A DNA stretch of 64,000 bases from Candidatus Eiseniibacteriota bacterium (GTDB lineage Bacteria > Eisenbacteria > RBG-16-71-46 > JABDJR01), in assembly GCA_963783375.1 (NCBI GenBank), contig CAWANH010000029.1:960001-1024000 (forward strand). Direction: 5' to 3'. Shown piece after piece: positions 9,677 to 17,648 of this stretch (positions are counted from its first letter, which is position 1; each line of letters starts with the position of its first letter). The translations under genes were made by a program, and so were the position numbers. The notes beneath the pieces are model-generated. The model had not been told where the DNA came from, searched no databases, and saw nothing but the letters and a program-made list of their open reading frames with translations.

Positions 9677-10684
9677 TCACTTCTCCAGCCGCACGTCGTC
9701 CCACCAGAGCGAGACCGGCTTGCGGACGTGCACGATGAAGAGCGTGACGCTCTGGATCCGGGCCATGTCGAGGAGCCGCGCCCGGGGGCTCCGCCGGATC
9801 TCCTCCAGCGGGATCCGAAAGGTGTTCATCCCGGGTTTGAGGCTCAGGTTCACGTAGGCCGCCCGGGTCCAGTCGTTTCCCACCGTGACGTCGTCGATCC
9901 GAAGCGCCATCGGAATCGTGTCCGGGAGGGTGGAGACCATCTCGAAGTCCAGGCTCCGGTATCTCCGCCAGTCGGGAACCGGCTCGCGGAGGGTGAGCCC
10001 GGCGTAGTCGACCGGCTTCAGGATCAGGTGGGCGGCGCGGTTCTCCGGGTCCTTCCGATACGGAGCCGGCAGGGGTTCAAAGCTCATCTCTGTCTCGTGG
10101 CTGAAGTAGAAGTAGTGCTCCCAGGGCGCGTCGAACCCGAAAAGGAGCGGAAACGCCTCATCCCGCTTCGCGTAGGCGTCCCCCACCTCCACCACCGGCC
10201 GGGCCACGATCCCCACCGGGATGAGGGCCAGCAAGACCACGGTCACCCGGAGGGGGGCCCGCCAGCGGGCGGGAATCCGGAGCGTCGCGTCCACCGCCGC
10301 GGCCAGGAGCAGGCAGGCGACGATCCCGGCCAGGTCCCGCTCCCAGTCCCCCAGGTCGGCGTCCCGCCCGGTGAAGTGCTGGAGGATCTCGCTCCCCAGG
10401 CCGGCGGTCGCGGCCAGGAAGAAGACCCCAACGTACCGGCCGAGCCTCCGCCACCCCCGGGCCGGCCACGCCCGGACCATCGCCCAGAGCGCGATCCAGG
10501 CGAACACCCCGAAGAGCGGGGCATGGCCCGCGTTGAACACCACGTCCCACCAGGCGCTCGCGCCCGGGGGCACGAAGACCTCGAGCACCACGATCAACGC
10601 GGCCAGGGCCAGCGACGCCAGGGCAAGGGAGCGCTTGCGGTGGGGCGCGCCGTGCCCCGACTCGCGGGAAGCGATCGCGCTCAC
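9677..10684 (-). CDS. VanZ-like membrane protein fused to a periplasmic jelly-roll/carbohydrate-binding-like domain
   Basis: NAGHAPLFG and SEILQHFTGRDADLGDWERDLAG are VanZ-like. The C-terminal region DWRRYRSLDF...LKPGMNTFRIPL...WWDDVRLE looks like a beta-sandwich. Confidence 0.75.
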   Translation of the reverse strand: MSAIASRESGHGAPHRKRSLALASLALAALIVVLEVFVPPGASAWWDVVFNAGHAPLFGVFAWIALWAMVRAWPARGWRRLGRYVGVFFLAATAGLGSEILQHFTGRDADLGDWERDLAGIVACLLLAAAVDATLRIPARWRAPLRVTVVLLALIPVGIVARPVVEVGDAYAKRDEAFPLLFGFDAPWEHYFYFSHETEMSFEPLPAPYRKDPENRAAHLILKPVDYAGLTLREPVPDWRRYRSLDFEMVSTLPDTIPMALRIDDVTVGNDWTRAAYVNLSLKPGMNTFRIPLEEIRRSPRARLLDMARIQSVTLFIVHVRKPVSLWWDDVRLEK

Positions 10685-11400
10685 CGCGCCCCCGGCACGG
10701 TCACGGTGACCGGGTCGCTCGGTGCGCTCTCGTTGAAGGCGTCGTCCACCACGGTCACGCGATAGGTGTAGTTCGAGTCGGGCTCGACGGTGAAGTCCTC
10801 GAACCCGGCGGACCGGAGATCGGGGACGAATCCCTGGAGCGGAAACGGCGGATCCCGGAAGAGATTGTAGTGATGGAAAGCGGGATCGTCCGACGCCTCC
10901 CAGCCCAGCACCACCTCGTAGCGACCGGCGATGTCGTTCAGAACCGCCCGGGCGGTGAGCCCCTGCGGGGGCGCGGGAGCGGTGAAATCCACCCGGACCC
11001 ATACCACCCCGGTGGGAAGGCTCTCGATCCCCGCCGGGCTGACCGAGGTCAACCGGTACCAGTAGCGAACGCCGTCCACCACGTCCTCGTCCACCAGAAT
11101 GCTCCCGGTGAAGAGTTCCCGGTTCAGCCGCACGTAATCGGCATCCGCGGGCGGCGACTCCCCCACCGCCCGGTAGACGTTGAAACCGTCGATGAAGGCG
11201 AACAGGCCCGGGTCGGCCTGCCAGGTCACGTTCACCGAGCCCACCGACGGGAGCGCCAGGAGGTCGGTGGGCAGGGGAAGCGAGGCCGGGGCGCGAAAGG
11301 CCGCGGTCGGGGTCACGGTGTGCCCGCAACCCGCGAGCGCGACGAGAACCGCCGGCCACAGGGCGAGCGAAAGAACGCGAAGCCGCGGGCGGCGCCTCAT
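10681..11400 (-). CDS. Lipoprotein with two fibronectin type III-like domains
   Basis: Lipobox LAGC, plus FN3 patterns (VTW...FNVYR...YWYRLTSV...ES and LGW...YNLFR...YTYRVTVVD...NES). Confidence 0.8.
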   Translation of the reverse strand: MRRRPRLRVLSLALWPAVLVALAGCGHTVTPTAAFRAPASLPLPTDLLALPSVGSVNVTWQADPGLFAFIDGFNVYRAVGESPPADADYVRLNRELFTGSILVDEDVVDGVRYWYRLTSVSPAGIESLPTGVVWVRVDFTAPAPPQGLTARAVLNDIAGRYEVVLGWEASDDPAFHHYNLFRDPPFPLQGFVPDLRSAGFEDFTVEPDSNYTYRVTVVDDAFNESAPSDPVTVTVPGAR

Positions 11401-12269
11401 CGCTTCCACCGCCATGCCGGGCTCGTGGCCAACGCGAGGCTCCACCGCGTGCCGGAGAGCGTGTTCCGCCCCCACACCGTGGTTCGCGCCTCCGCCTCCA
11501 CCGCCACTCCGCGCCCAGCGGCCACCGACACCGTCGCGGCCAGGTCGAGGTTGTCGGGATCCACGGTGGAGGGGTCGAAGCGAGTCTCTCCCGGCCGGGC
11601 CGGCGGGGGCCCCACCGCGACGCCGCCTCGGGCTTCGCCCCGAAGACCCACCCGCGAGCCGATGCCCGTCCCCCCCCCGATCGCCCCCTCCACCCGGTCC
11701 CGAAACACCCCGCCCCGGAAGACGTAGGCCGCGTCCAGGTTTCCCCAGTAGCCGGTGAAGGACGACCCCGCCGAGAGTCCCAGGGAGAGATCGCGAATGC
11801 CCGAGCCGAGGGCGGGGTACTCCTCGACCGCGTAGCCGGTGGGGAAGGTGGCGGCGGCCAGGACCGAGGCCACCCCGCGCGATCCCCGCCAGAGCCCGCG
11901 CTTCACCCCCACCGCCAGATCGGAGAACCCGTAGGTCTCGAACACCGCCGAGGGCTGGTTGGCCTGAAGGCGCTTCCAGGACCCCGCGGCCACCAGGTTC
12001 CAGCCCGGAAGGAGCCCGACCTCGGCGTACATCGCCACCGCCAGGTCCTCGTACCGGGTGTTCCGGAAACCGCCCCCGGCGGCGTCGAAGGGGACGGCGC
12101 GACCATCCTGATCGAGCCGCTCCCGGGTGGAGAGCGCACCGGCGGAGAGGCGGAGGTAGGCGGTTCCGGGCTCCTGGAGCCACGCTCCCGCCCGGGCCGG
12201 GCCGGAGCCCCCGAGGAGAGTCACGAGGGCGAGCAGGACGGCCACCCGGGCCCTGGGTTCGAAGCGCAT
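11397..12269 (-). CDS. Exported hypothetical protein, probable outer-membrane beta-barrel
   Basis: Signal peptide ending ARA/GAWLQEPG; amphipathic beta-strand pattern (YAEVGL, GFSDLAVGVK, TGY). Confidence 0.65.
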   Translation of the reverse strand: MRFEPRARVAVLLALVTLLGGSGPARAGAWLQEPGTAYLRLSAGALSTRERLDQDGRAVPFDAAGGGFRNTRYEDLAVAMYAEVGLLPGWNLVAAGSWKRLQANQPSAVFETYGFSDLAVGVKRGLWRGSRGVASVLAAATFPTGYAVEEYPALGSGIRDLSLGLSAGSSFTGYWGNLDAAYVFRGGVFRDRVEGAIGGGTGIGSRVGLRGEARGGVAVGPPPARPGETRFDPSTVDPDNLDLAATVSVAAGRGVAVEAEARTTVWGRNTLSGTRWSLALATSPAWRWKR

Positions 12270-12492
12270 GAGGGGATGATACGGCCTAGGGTGAGGGCCG
12301 GTCGAAGGTAAGGGGACCCGGCCGGACCGGCGGCCCTGACCGACATGAAACGAAATCGCAATTCATTCGTGTATGAACCGGCAAGATGAGGTATCATGCC
12401 GGCCAAGAGGCGTCCCCTGGGAATTCAGCCCCGTCCTCCCCGGACGGTGTGAATCTCCCCCCATGCAACACGGTCATCCCCCGGAGGTACCC

Positions 12493-13335
12493 ATGAGTTC
12501 CTTGCGAAAACATCCCGAGTCCCCGCTCCGTTCCCGTCCGCTGGCCCTCATTCTCTTCGGCCTGGTCGCGCTGGGCCTGGCCGCCGCCCCCGCGGCCCAG
12601 GCCGGGTCGATCTTCCTCACCGGTCATGATCCGGACTTCCACGCGACCCGGGGACTGAACGCGGCCGGCGCCCAGACCATCAACAACGTGGCCATCAACT
12701 TCATCCGCGATCCCGGATTCAACCCCTACTTCGCCACCGCCCCCAAGTTCCTGTACGTGGAGTCCAGCATCACCCCGCCCACCGGCCATACCGTGGGCAA
12801 GGCCGGCATCGTGGCCAGCGGCTACGTCGAAGGGGTCGACTTCGACCATCACGACGCCTCCACCCTCGCCGCCGCCCTCGGCCAGCTCGGCCAGCCCGGC
12901 GGCTACTGCGCCATCGTGGTCGGCTCCGATTTCGGGGGGATCCTCACCCAGGCCGAACTCGACATCCTGAACGCGAACCAGGCGGCCATCGCCACCTTCG
13001 TGAACTCGGGCGGGGGAATCTACGCCATGTCCGAGGGGAACTCCGGCGCCGGTCTCACCCCCGGCGGCGGACACTACGCGTTCATTCCCACCGTGGTCTC
13101 GGCGGCCAGCGTGGACCAGGGCGAGACCGGGTTCACCGTGACCCCGTTCGGAGTGGGGCTGGGGCTGGCCGACAGCGACGTCAACGGGAACGCGTCCCAC
13201 GTGGTCTTCACCGCCACCGCGGGGTTGAGCGTGGTGGACACCGACGCCTCCGGCCGGATCCTCTCCATCGCGGGGCGGGAGCAGGTGATCCCGACCCGGC
13301 CCACGACCTGGAGCCGGATCAAGTCGCAGTACTGA
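12493..13335 (+). CDS. Secreted protein with C-terminal IPTRPTTWSRIKSQY tail
   Basis: RBS GGAGG, signal peptide ending AAQA, GSIFLTGHDPDFHA domain and the C-terminal motif. Confidence 0.85.
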   Translation: MSSLRKHPESPLRSRPLALILFGLVALGLAAAPAAQAGSIFLTGHDPDFHATRGLNAAGAQTINNVAINFIRDPGFNPYFATAPKFLYVESSITPPTGHTVGKAGIVASGYVEGVDFDHHDASTLAAALGQLGQPGGYCAIVVGSDFGGILTQAELDILNANQAAIATFVNSGGGIYAMSEGNSGAGLTPGGGHYAFIPTVVSAASVDQGETGFTVTPFGVGLGLADSDVNGNASHVVFTATAGLSVVDTDASGRILSIAGREQVIPTRPTTWSRIKSQY

Positions 13336-13410
13336 TCGTCCTCCCCGCGCGGCGGGGGTCGGTTCTTCTTCGGGCGGGGCGTGGTCGGAGCGACCGCGCC
13401 CCCGCCCGTT

Positions 13411-14178
13411 TTACGCCGGGGCCTCGGAGGCCGCGGACACCCACGCCGGGGGGAGCCCGGACGCCGCCGCGCGATCGAGGAGCCAGAGCGCCGGCCGCGA
13501 CGCGCTCACCACCATGCGGGCCGGATGCCGCGGGGTGGCCTCCTCCGCGGTGAGGGTGCCGGCCACCGCCTCGGCCTTCTCCTCCCCCGAGACCAGGAAC
13601 ACCGTCCGCCGGCTGGAACGCAGGGCTTCCGGGGTGAGGGTGACCCGGTCCTGGCCGGCCGGGTGTCTGGTGGCGAAGGCCAGCCACGCTCCGAAGTCGG
13701 GCCACTCCTCGGCGGGAAAGAGCGAGGCGGTGTGGCCGTCCGACCCCAGCCCCAGGAGCACCAGGTCGAAGAGCGGCACCCGCTCCGCCCAGGCCAGGAG
13801 CATCTTGTGGGCCTTCCGGGCCGCCTTCTCCGGCGGGTCCTCGCCGCGGAGCCGGATCATGCGGTCGGCGCTCAGCCCCAGCGGCTCGAGGAAGGTCTCC
13901 CGGGCCATCCGGTAGTTCGAATCCTTGTCGTCGGGGGGGACACAGCGTTCGTCGGTGAAGGTGAACCGCACCCGTCCCCAGCCCACCCGGTCCCGCAGGG
14001 TCGGCGCGGAGAGCCGCTCGTAGAGGGGTACGGGGGTGCTCCCCCCGGCCAGGGCCACTCGCGCCCCCGCCCGCGCCTCGGCCAGGGCGGCCACCACGAT
14101 CTCCGCGGCGCCGTCCAGGAATGCGGTCTTGTCCTCGAAAAGGCGGATCTCGTGTCCGTCGGGCAGGGAGTCGCTCAC
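13411..14178 (-). CDS. pgl: 6-phosphogluconolactonase
   Basis: ALAGGSTP, DERCVPPDDKDSNY and LLGLGSDGHTASLFP. Confidence 0.95.
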   Translation of the reverse strand: MSDSLPDGHEIRLFEDKTAFLDGAAEIVVAALAEARAGARVALAGGSTPVPLYERLSAPTLRDRVGWGRVRFTFTDERCVPPDDKDSNYRMARETFLEPLGLSADRMIRLRGEDPPEKAARKAHKMLLAWAERVPLFDLVLLGLGSDGHTASLFPAEEWPDFGAWLAFATRHPAGQDRVTLTPEALRSSRRTVFLVSGEEKAEAVAGTLTAEEATPRHPARMVVSASRPALWLLDRAAASGLPPAWVSAASEAPA

Positions 14179-14179
14179 C

Positions 14180-15310
14180 TCAATCCTCCTTCAGATCCTC
14201 GAAGCCCAGGGCGACCCCCATGGCGTCGCGGGCCGACGGATCCAGAATCGCCTCGTGAAGCTCGTGCACCACCGCCGATGCCCGGCTGGTCTTGGACTGG
14301 TTGAGCCGGGCCACCCGGGATCCTCCCCGCTCCACCACGATCGCCCGCTCCTCGGAGAGGCGCCGCCAGGAGAGCGGGGGATCCCCGCCTCGGAACGTCA
14401 TGCCGACCCCGAGGGTGGCCGCGGGGTCGATCTGGGGATCCCCCCGGGTCACCACCGCCTCGATCCCCCCCGAGGGCCCCTCGAACCGCCCTCGGCTCCG
14501 CGTACCGGCCTCCTCCGCCCACCGCCAGCCGAGCCGGGCGGCGAGCCAACCGAACAGCAGCCACGCCTTGAGCCGGGCTCCCGGACCTTCCCCCACCTCG
14601 ACGGTCACCCGTTCCAGCCGCTCGAGGGACCGCGCCTCGCCGGACCGGTCGAAGGGGAGAGCCAGGGCCCGCCGCCAGTCCACCAGCCGCGACCACAGGA
14701 CGTCGCGGTAGGAGGGCGGATCGTCCCCGCTCTCCCCGCAGCGTTTCCAGAGGGCGATTCCCGAGGCCTCGTCCAGGTGGGTGCCGTCCCCCAGGACCAC
14801 GTCCACGTGACCGCCGAGAACCCCCAGCCACCCGAGGGCCAGGGGCGACACCCGCTCCGCCACCACCTCCACCGGCACCCCTCCCACGCTCAGCGACCGC
14901 ACCGCGCTCGCCACCAGCCGGTCGGTCCCGGGGCCCGCCTCGATGTTCACGGTCTCGCAACAGATGAGGGACCGCCCGCTCGAACCGCGGCTGCACGCCG
15001 CGCTGACCCAGGCCTCGGCCTCTCCCCGCCCGAGCCCGGGGTCGTGGTGGACCACGATCACCCGCGATGGGTGGAGCCGGACCAGGTCGTCGGTCAGTTC
15101 GTGAGCCTCGTCGTCCGGACGAAGCGGGAGCACCAGGGTGGCGTGGCAGACCCGGGTGACCGGGCCATCGTCATCGCGCGCCGCTCCCTCCTCCATCCAG
15201 AGCGTGGCCAGGTCGCGCTTCACCGCTTCGGCGTCGAGTCCCCGGGAGGCCTTCTCGCCCAGGTGGATGATGTCGTCGTGGGTGGGGGTCACGATCACAC
15301 CCGCAGCCAT
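14180..15310 (-). CDS. opcA: Glucose-6-phosphate dehydrogenase assembly protein OpcA
   Basis: Lies between zwf and pgl; HPSRVIVV, ICCETV, DVLWSRLVDWR and GWLAARLGW motifs. Confidence 0.85.
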   Translation of the reverse strand: MAAGVIVTPTHDDIIHLGEKASRGLDAEAVKRDLATLWMEEGAARDDDGPVTRVCHATLVLPLRPDDEAHELTDDLVRLHPSRVIVVHHDPGLGRGEAEAWVSAACSRGSSGRSLICCETVNIEAGPGTDRLVASAVRSLSVGGVPVEVVAERVSPLALGWLGVLGGHVDVVLGDGTHLDEASGIALWKRCGESGDDPPSYRDVLWSRLVDWRRALALPFDRSGEARSLERLERVTVEVGEGPGARLKAWLLFGWLAARLGWRWAEEAGTRSRGRFEGPSGGIEAVVTRGDPQIDPAATLGVGMTFRGGDPPLSWRRLSEERAIVVERGGSRVARLNQSKTSRASAVVHELHEAILDPSARDAMGVALGFEDLKED

Positions 15311-16884
15311 TTCCGGCCGTCGGCCTGGATCAGGCGATCCGCGGCCTCCGGCCCCCAACTCCCCGCTTCGTAGGGCGCCGGCTTGTCCCCGGGCTCGGCC
15401 TCCCACGCCCCCACGATGCTGTCCACGATCCCCCAGGCCAGCTCCACCTCGTCCCGCCGGGCGAAGAGAGTCGAATCGCCGACGATCGCGTCGAGGATCA
15501 GGCGTTCGTAGGCCTCGGGAGGCTCCTTCCCGAAGGAGGTGGCGTAGAAGAAGTCCATCCGCACCTCCTCCACCCGCATGGCCTGGCCGGGGAACTTGGA
15601 TTCGAAGGAGAGCGAGATCCCCTCGTCGGGCTGGATGCGGAGCCGGAGCACGTTGGGCCGGGGGCGCAACGACTTGCCGTCGCCGAAGAGCTCGTAGGGG
15701 GGCTCGCGGAAGACGATGCCCACCTCGGTGGCCCGCTTGGGAAGCCGCTTCCCCGAGCGCAGGTAGAATGGCGTCCCCGCCCACCGCCAGTTCTCCACCC
15801 CGAATCGGGCGGCGAGAAAGGTGTCGGTCCGGGAATCGGGAGCGACCTTCTCCTCCTCGTGGTATCCCGGCACCTCCTTCCCGCCGGCCACCCCCGCGGT
15901 GTACTGCCCCCGCACCACCCGGGCCCGAACCTCGTCCGGGGCGAAGGGGCGGATGGCGGTCAACACCTTGGCCTTCTCGTCGCGGACCGCGTTGGCCTCG
16001 AATCGGACCGGCGGCTCCATGGCGGTGAGGGTCAGAAGCTGCATGATGTGGTTCTGCAGCATATCCCGCACCACACCCGCCTCCTCGTAGAACCCGGCGC
16101 GGCTCCCCACCCCGTCCGTCTCCGCCACCGTGATCTGCACATGGTCCACGTGGCGTCTATTCCATAGTGGTTCAAATATTCCGTTGTCCAGCCTAAAAAT
16201 CAATATATTCTGGACGGTCTCCTTCCCCAGGTAGTGATCGATGCGGTAGATCTGGTCCTCGTCGAAGACCCCGAGCATGTGCCGGTTGAGCGCCCGCGCA
16301 GTGGCGAGGTCCCGGCCGAACGGCTTCTCCACGATGATGCGGCTCGACCCCTCGGCTTCCGGGTCGCGCACCAGGTTCGCCTTCCCCAGGTTCTCCACGA
16401 TGGTCTCGTAGGCGCTGGGAGGCGTGGAGAGATAGAAGAGGTGGCAGCCAGGGTGGTTCCGGCCCCGATCGATCTCGGCCAGCCGCTCCCCCAGAGCGCG
16501 GTACGCCGCCTCGTCCTGGAACTCCCCGCGCACGTAGCTCATGTCGTCGCAGAGCTGGCTCCACACCGCCTCATCCACCGGCTTCCGCCGGGAATGCGCC
16601 TCCACTCCCTCCCGCATGACCCGGCGGAAGTGGTCGTCGCTCCAGTCGCGCCGGGCGAATCCGACCACGCTGGTGTCGGGATGGAGGAGCCCCTCCCAGG
16701 CCAGGTTGTAGATCGCGGGCATGAGCTTCCGGGAGGCGAGGTCCCCGGTGGCCCCGAAGATCACCAACGTGCAGGGGATGGGTTCCCGGACCCGGGACAT
16801 TCCCTCGCGTAGGGGGTTGGTCCCCGGCTCTCCGGCGGCTCCGGTCTCTTCGTCCACGCGCGTCGCGGATACGGTCTTGGTCAT
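15295..16884 (-). CDS. zwf: Glucose-6-phosphate 1-dehydrogenase
   Basis: IFGATGDLA, EKPFG, RIDHYLGKE and RWAGTPFYLRSGK. Confidence 0.98.
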   Translation of the reverse strand: MTKTVSATRVDEETGAAGEPGTNPLREGMSRVREPIPCTLVIFGATGDLASRKLMPAIYNLAWEGLLHPDTSVVGFARRDWSDDHFRRVMREGVEAHSRRKPVDEAVWSQLCDDMSYVRGEFQDEAAYRALGERLAEIDRGRNHPGCHLFYLSTPPSAYETIVENLGKANLVRDPEAEGSSRIIVEKPFGRDLATARALNRHMLGVFDEDQIYRIDHYLGKETVQNILIFRLDNGIFEPLWNRRHVDHVQITVAETDGVGSRAGFYEEAGVVRDMLQNHIMQLLTLTAMEPPVRFEANAVRDEKAKVLTAIRPFAPDEVRARVVRGQYTAGVAGGKEVPGYHEEEKVAPDSRTDTFLAARFGVENWRWAGTPFYLRSGKRLPKRATEVGIVFREPPYELFGDGKSLRPRPNVLRLRIQPDEGISLSFESKFPGQAMRVEEVRMDFFYATSFGKEPPEAYERLILDAIVGDSTLFARRDEVELAWGIVDSIVGAWEAEPGDKPAPYEAGSWGPEAADRLIQADGRKWLRV

Positions 16885-17648
16885 GTCTGCTCCTCGCTGC
16901 TTCCTTCCTTCCACACGCATGCTCCGGGCGCCGCCGCCCGAGCCACCGAGGCCACCTCGGCCGGCTCCCAGGCGATCCGTTCCGGCGGGAGGAGCTTCGC
17001 CTCCTCGAGCTTCTGCCGGGTGAAGGGCGTGGCCAGCCCCACCACCCGGATCCCCGCGGCGAGCGCCGCCCGAACCCCCGACGGGGAGTCCTCCAGGGCC
17101 AGGCACTCCTCGGGCCGAAGCTCGAGCTCCCGGCAAAGCCGGTGATAGATCTCCGGGTCGGGCTTGGTGCGCTCCACATCCTCGTAGGTGAGGATCCGTC
17201 GGAAGGCGCCGCGAAGCCCGAGGGCGTCCAGCACCTTCTCCGTCTGGTCGCGGTGGGAGGTGGTGGCCAGGGCGGTGATGCACCCCGCCTCCACCGCCCG
17301 GTGAAGGAGGTCGATCACCGGGGGCCGGCGGTTCTTGCGGAGCACCTCGGGATCGTGGGTCAGCTTCTCGTAGTGCCCGAGCCGGACGGCCACGTAGGCC
17401 TCCCACGGTGTCGACGCCCCCAGCTCCCCCATCCGCGCCCGGGCCGGTCCCTCCAGGCCGAACCGGTCGAGAAGCGTGGTCGCCGCGTCCTTCCGCGACC
17501 GCCCCACCACGTCCTTGAAGGCCTCGACCACCTCGGCTTCGTCGAGCTCCGGCCGGAGATCGACCGCGGCGCGGGCGTAGGAGGTCGCCTTGAGCTTCTC
17601 GGTCTGAACCAGCGTCCCGTCCAGGTCGAAGAAGAGCGCGCGGATCAT
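16881..17648 (-). CDS. HAD family phosphatase (beta-phosphoglucomutase-like)
   Basis: FDLDGTL, KPDPEIY and LEDSPSG; ATGA overlaps on both sides. Confidence 0.9.
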   Translation of the reverse strand: MIRALFFDLDGTLVQTEKLKATSYARAAVDLRPELDEAEVVEAFKDVVGRSRKDAATTLLDRFGLEGPARARMGELGASTPWEAYVAVRLGHYEKLTHDPEVLRKNRRPPVIDLLHRAVEAGCITALATTSHRDQTEKVLDALGLRGAFRRILTYEDVERTKPDPEIYHRLCRELELRPEECLALEDSPSGVRAALAAGIRVVGLATPFTRQKLEEAKLLPPERIAWEPAEVASVARAAAPGACVWKEGSSEEQT

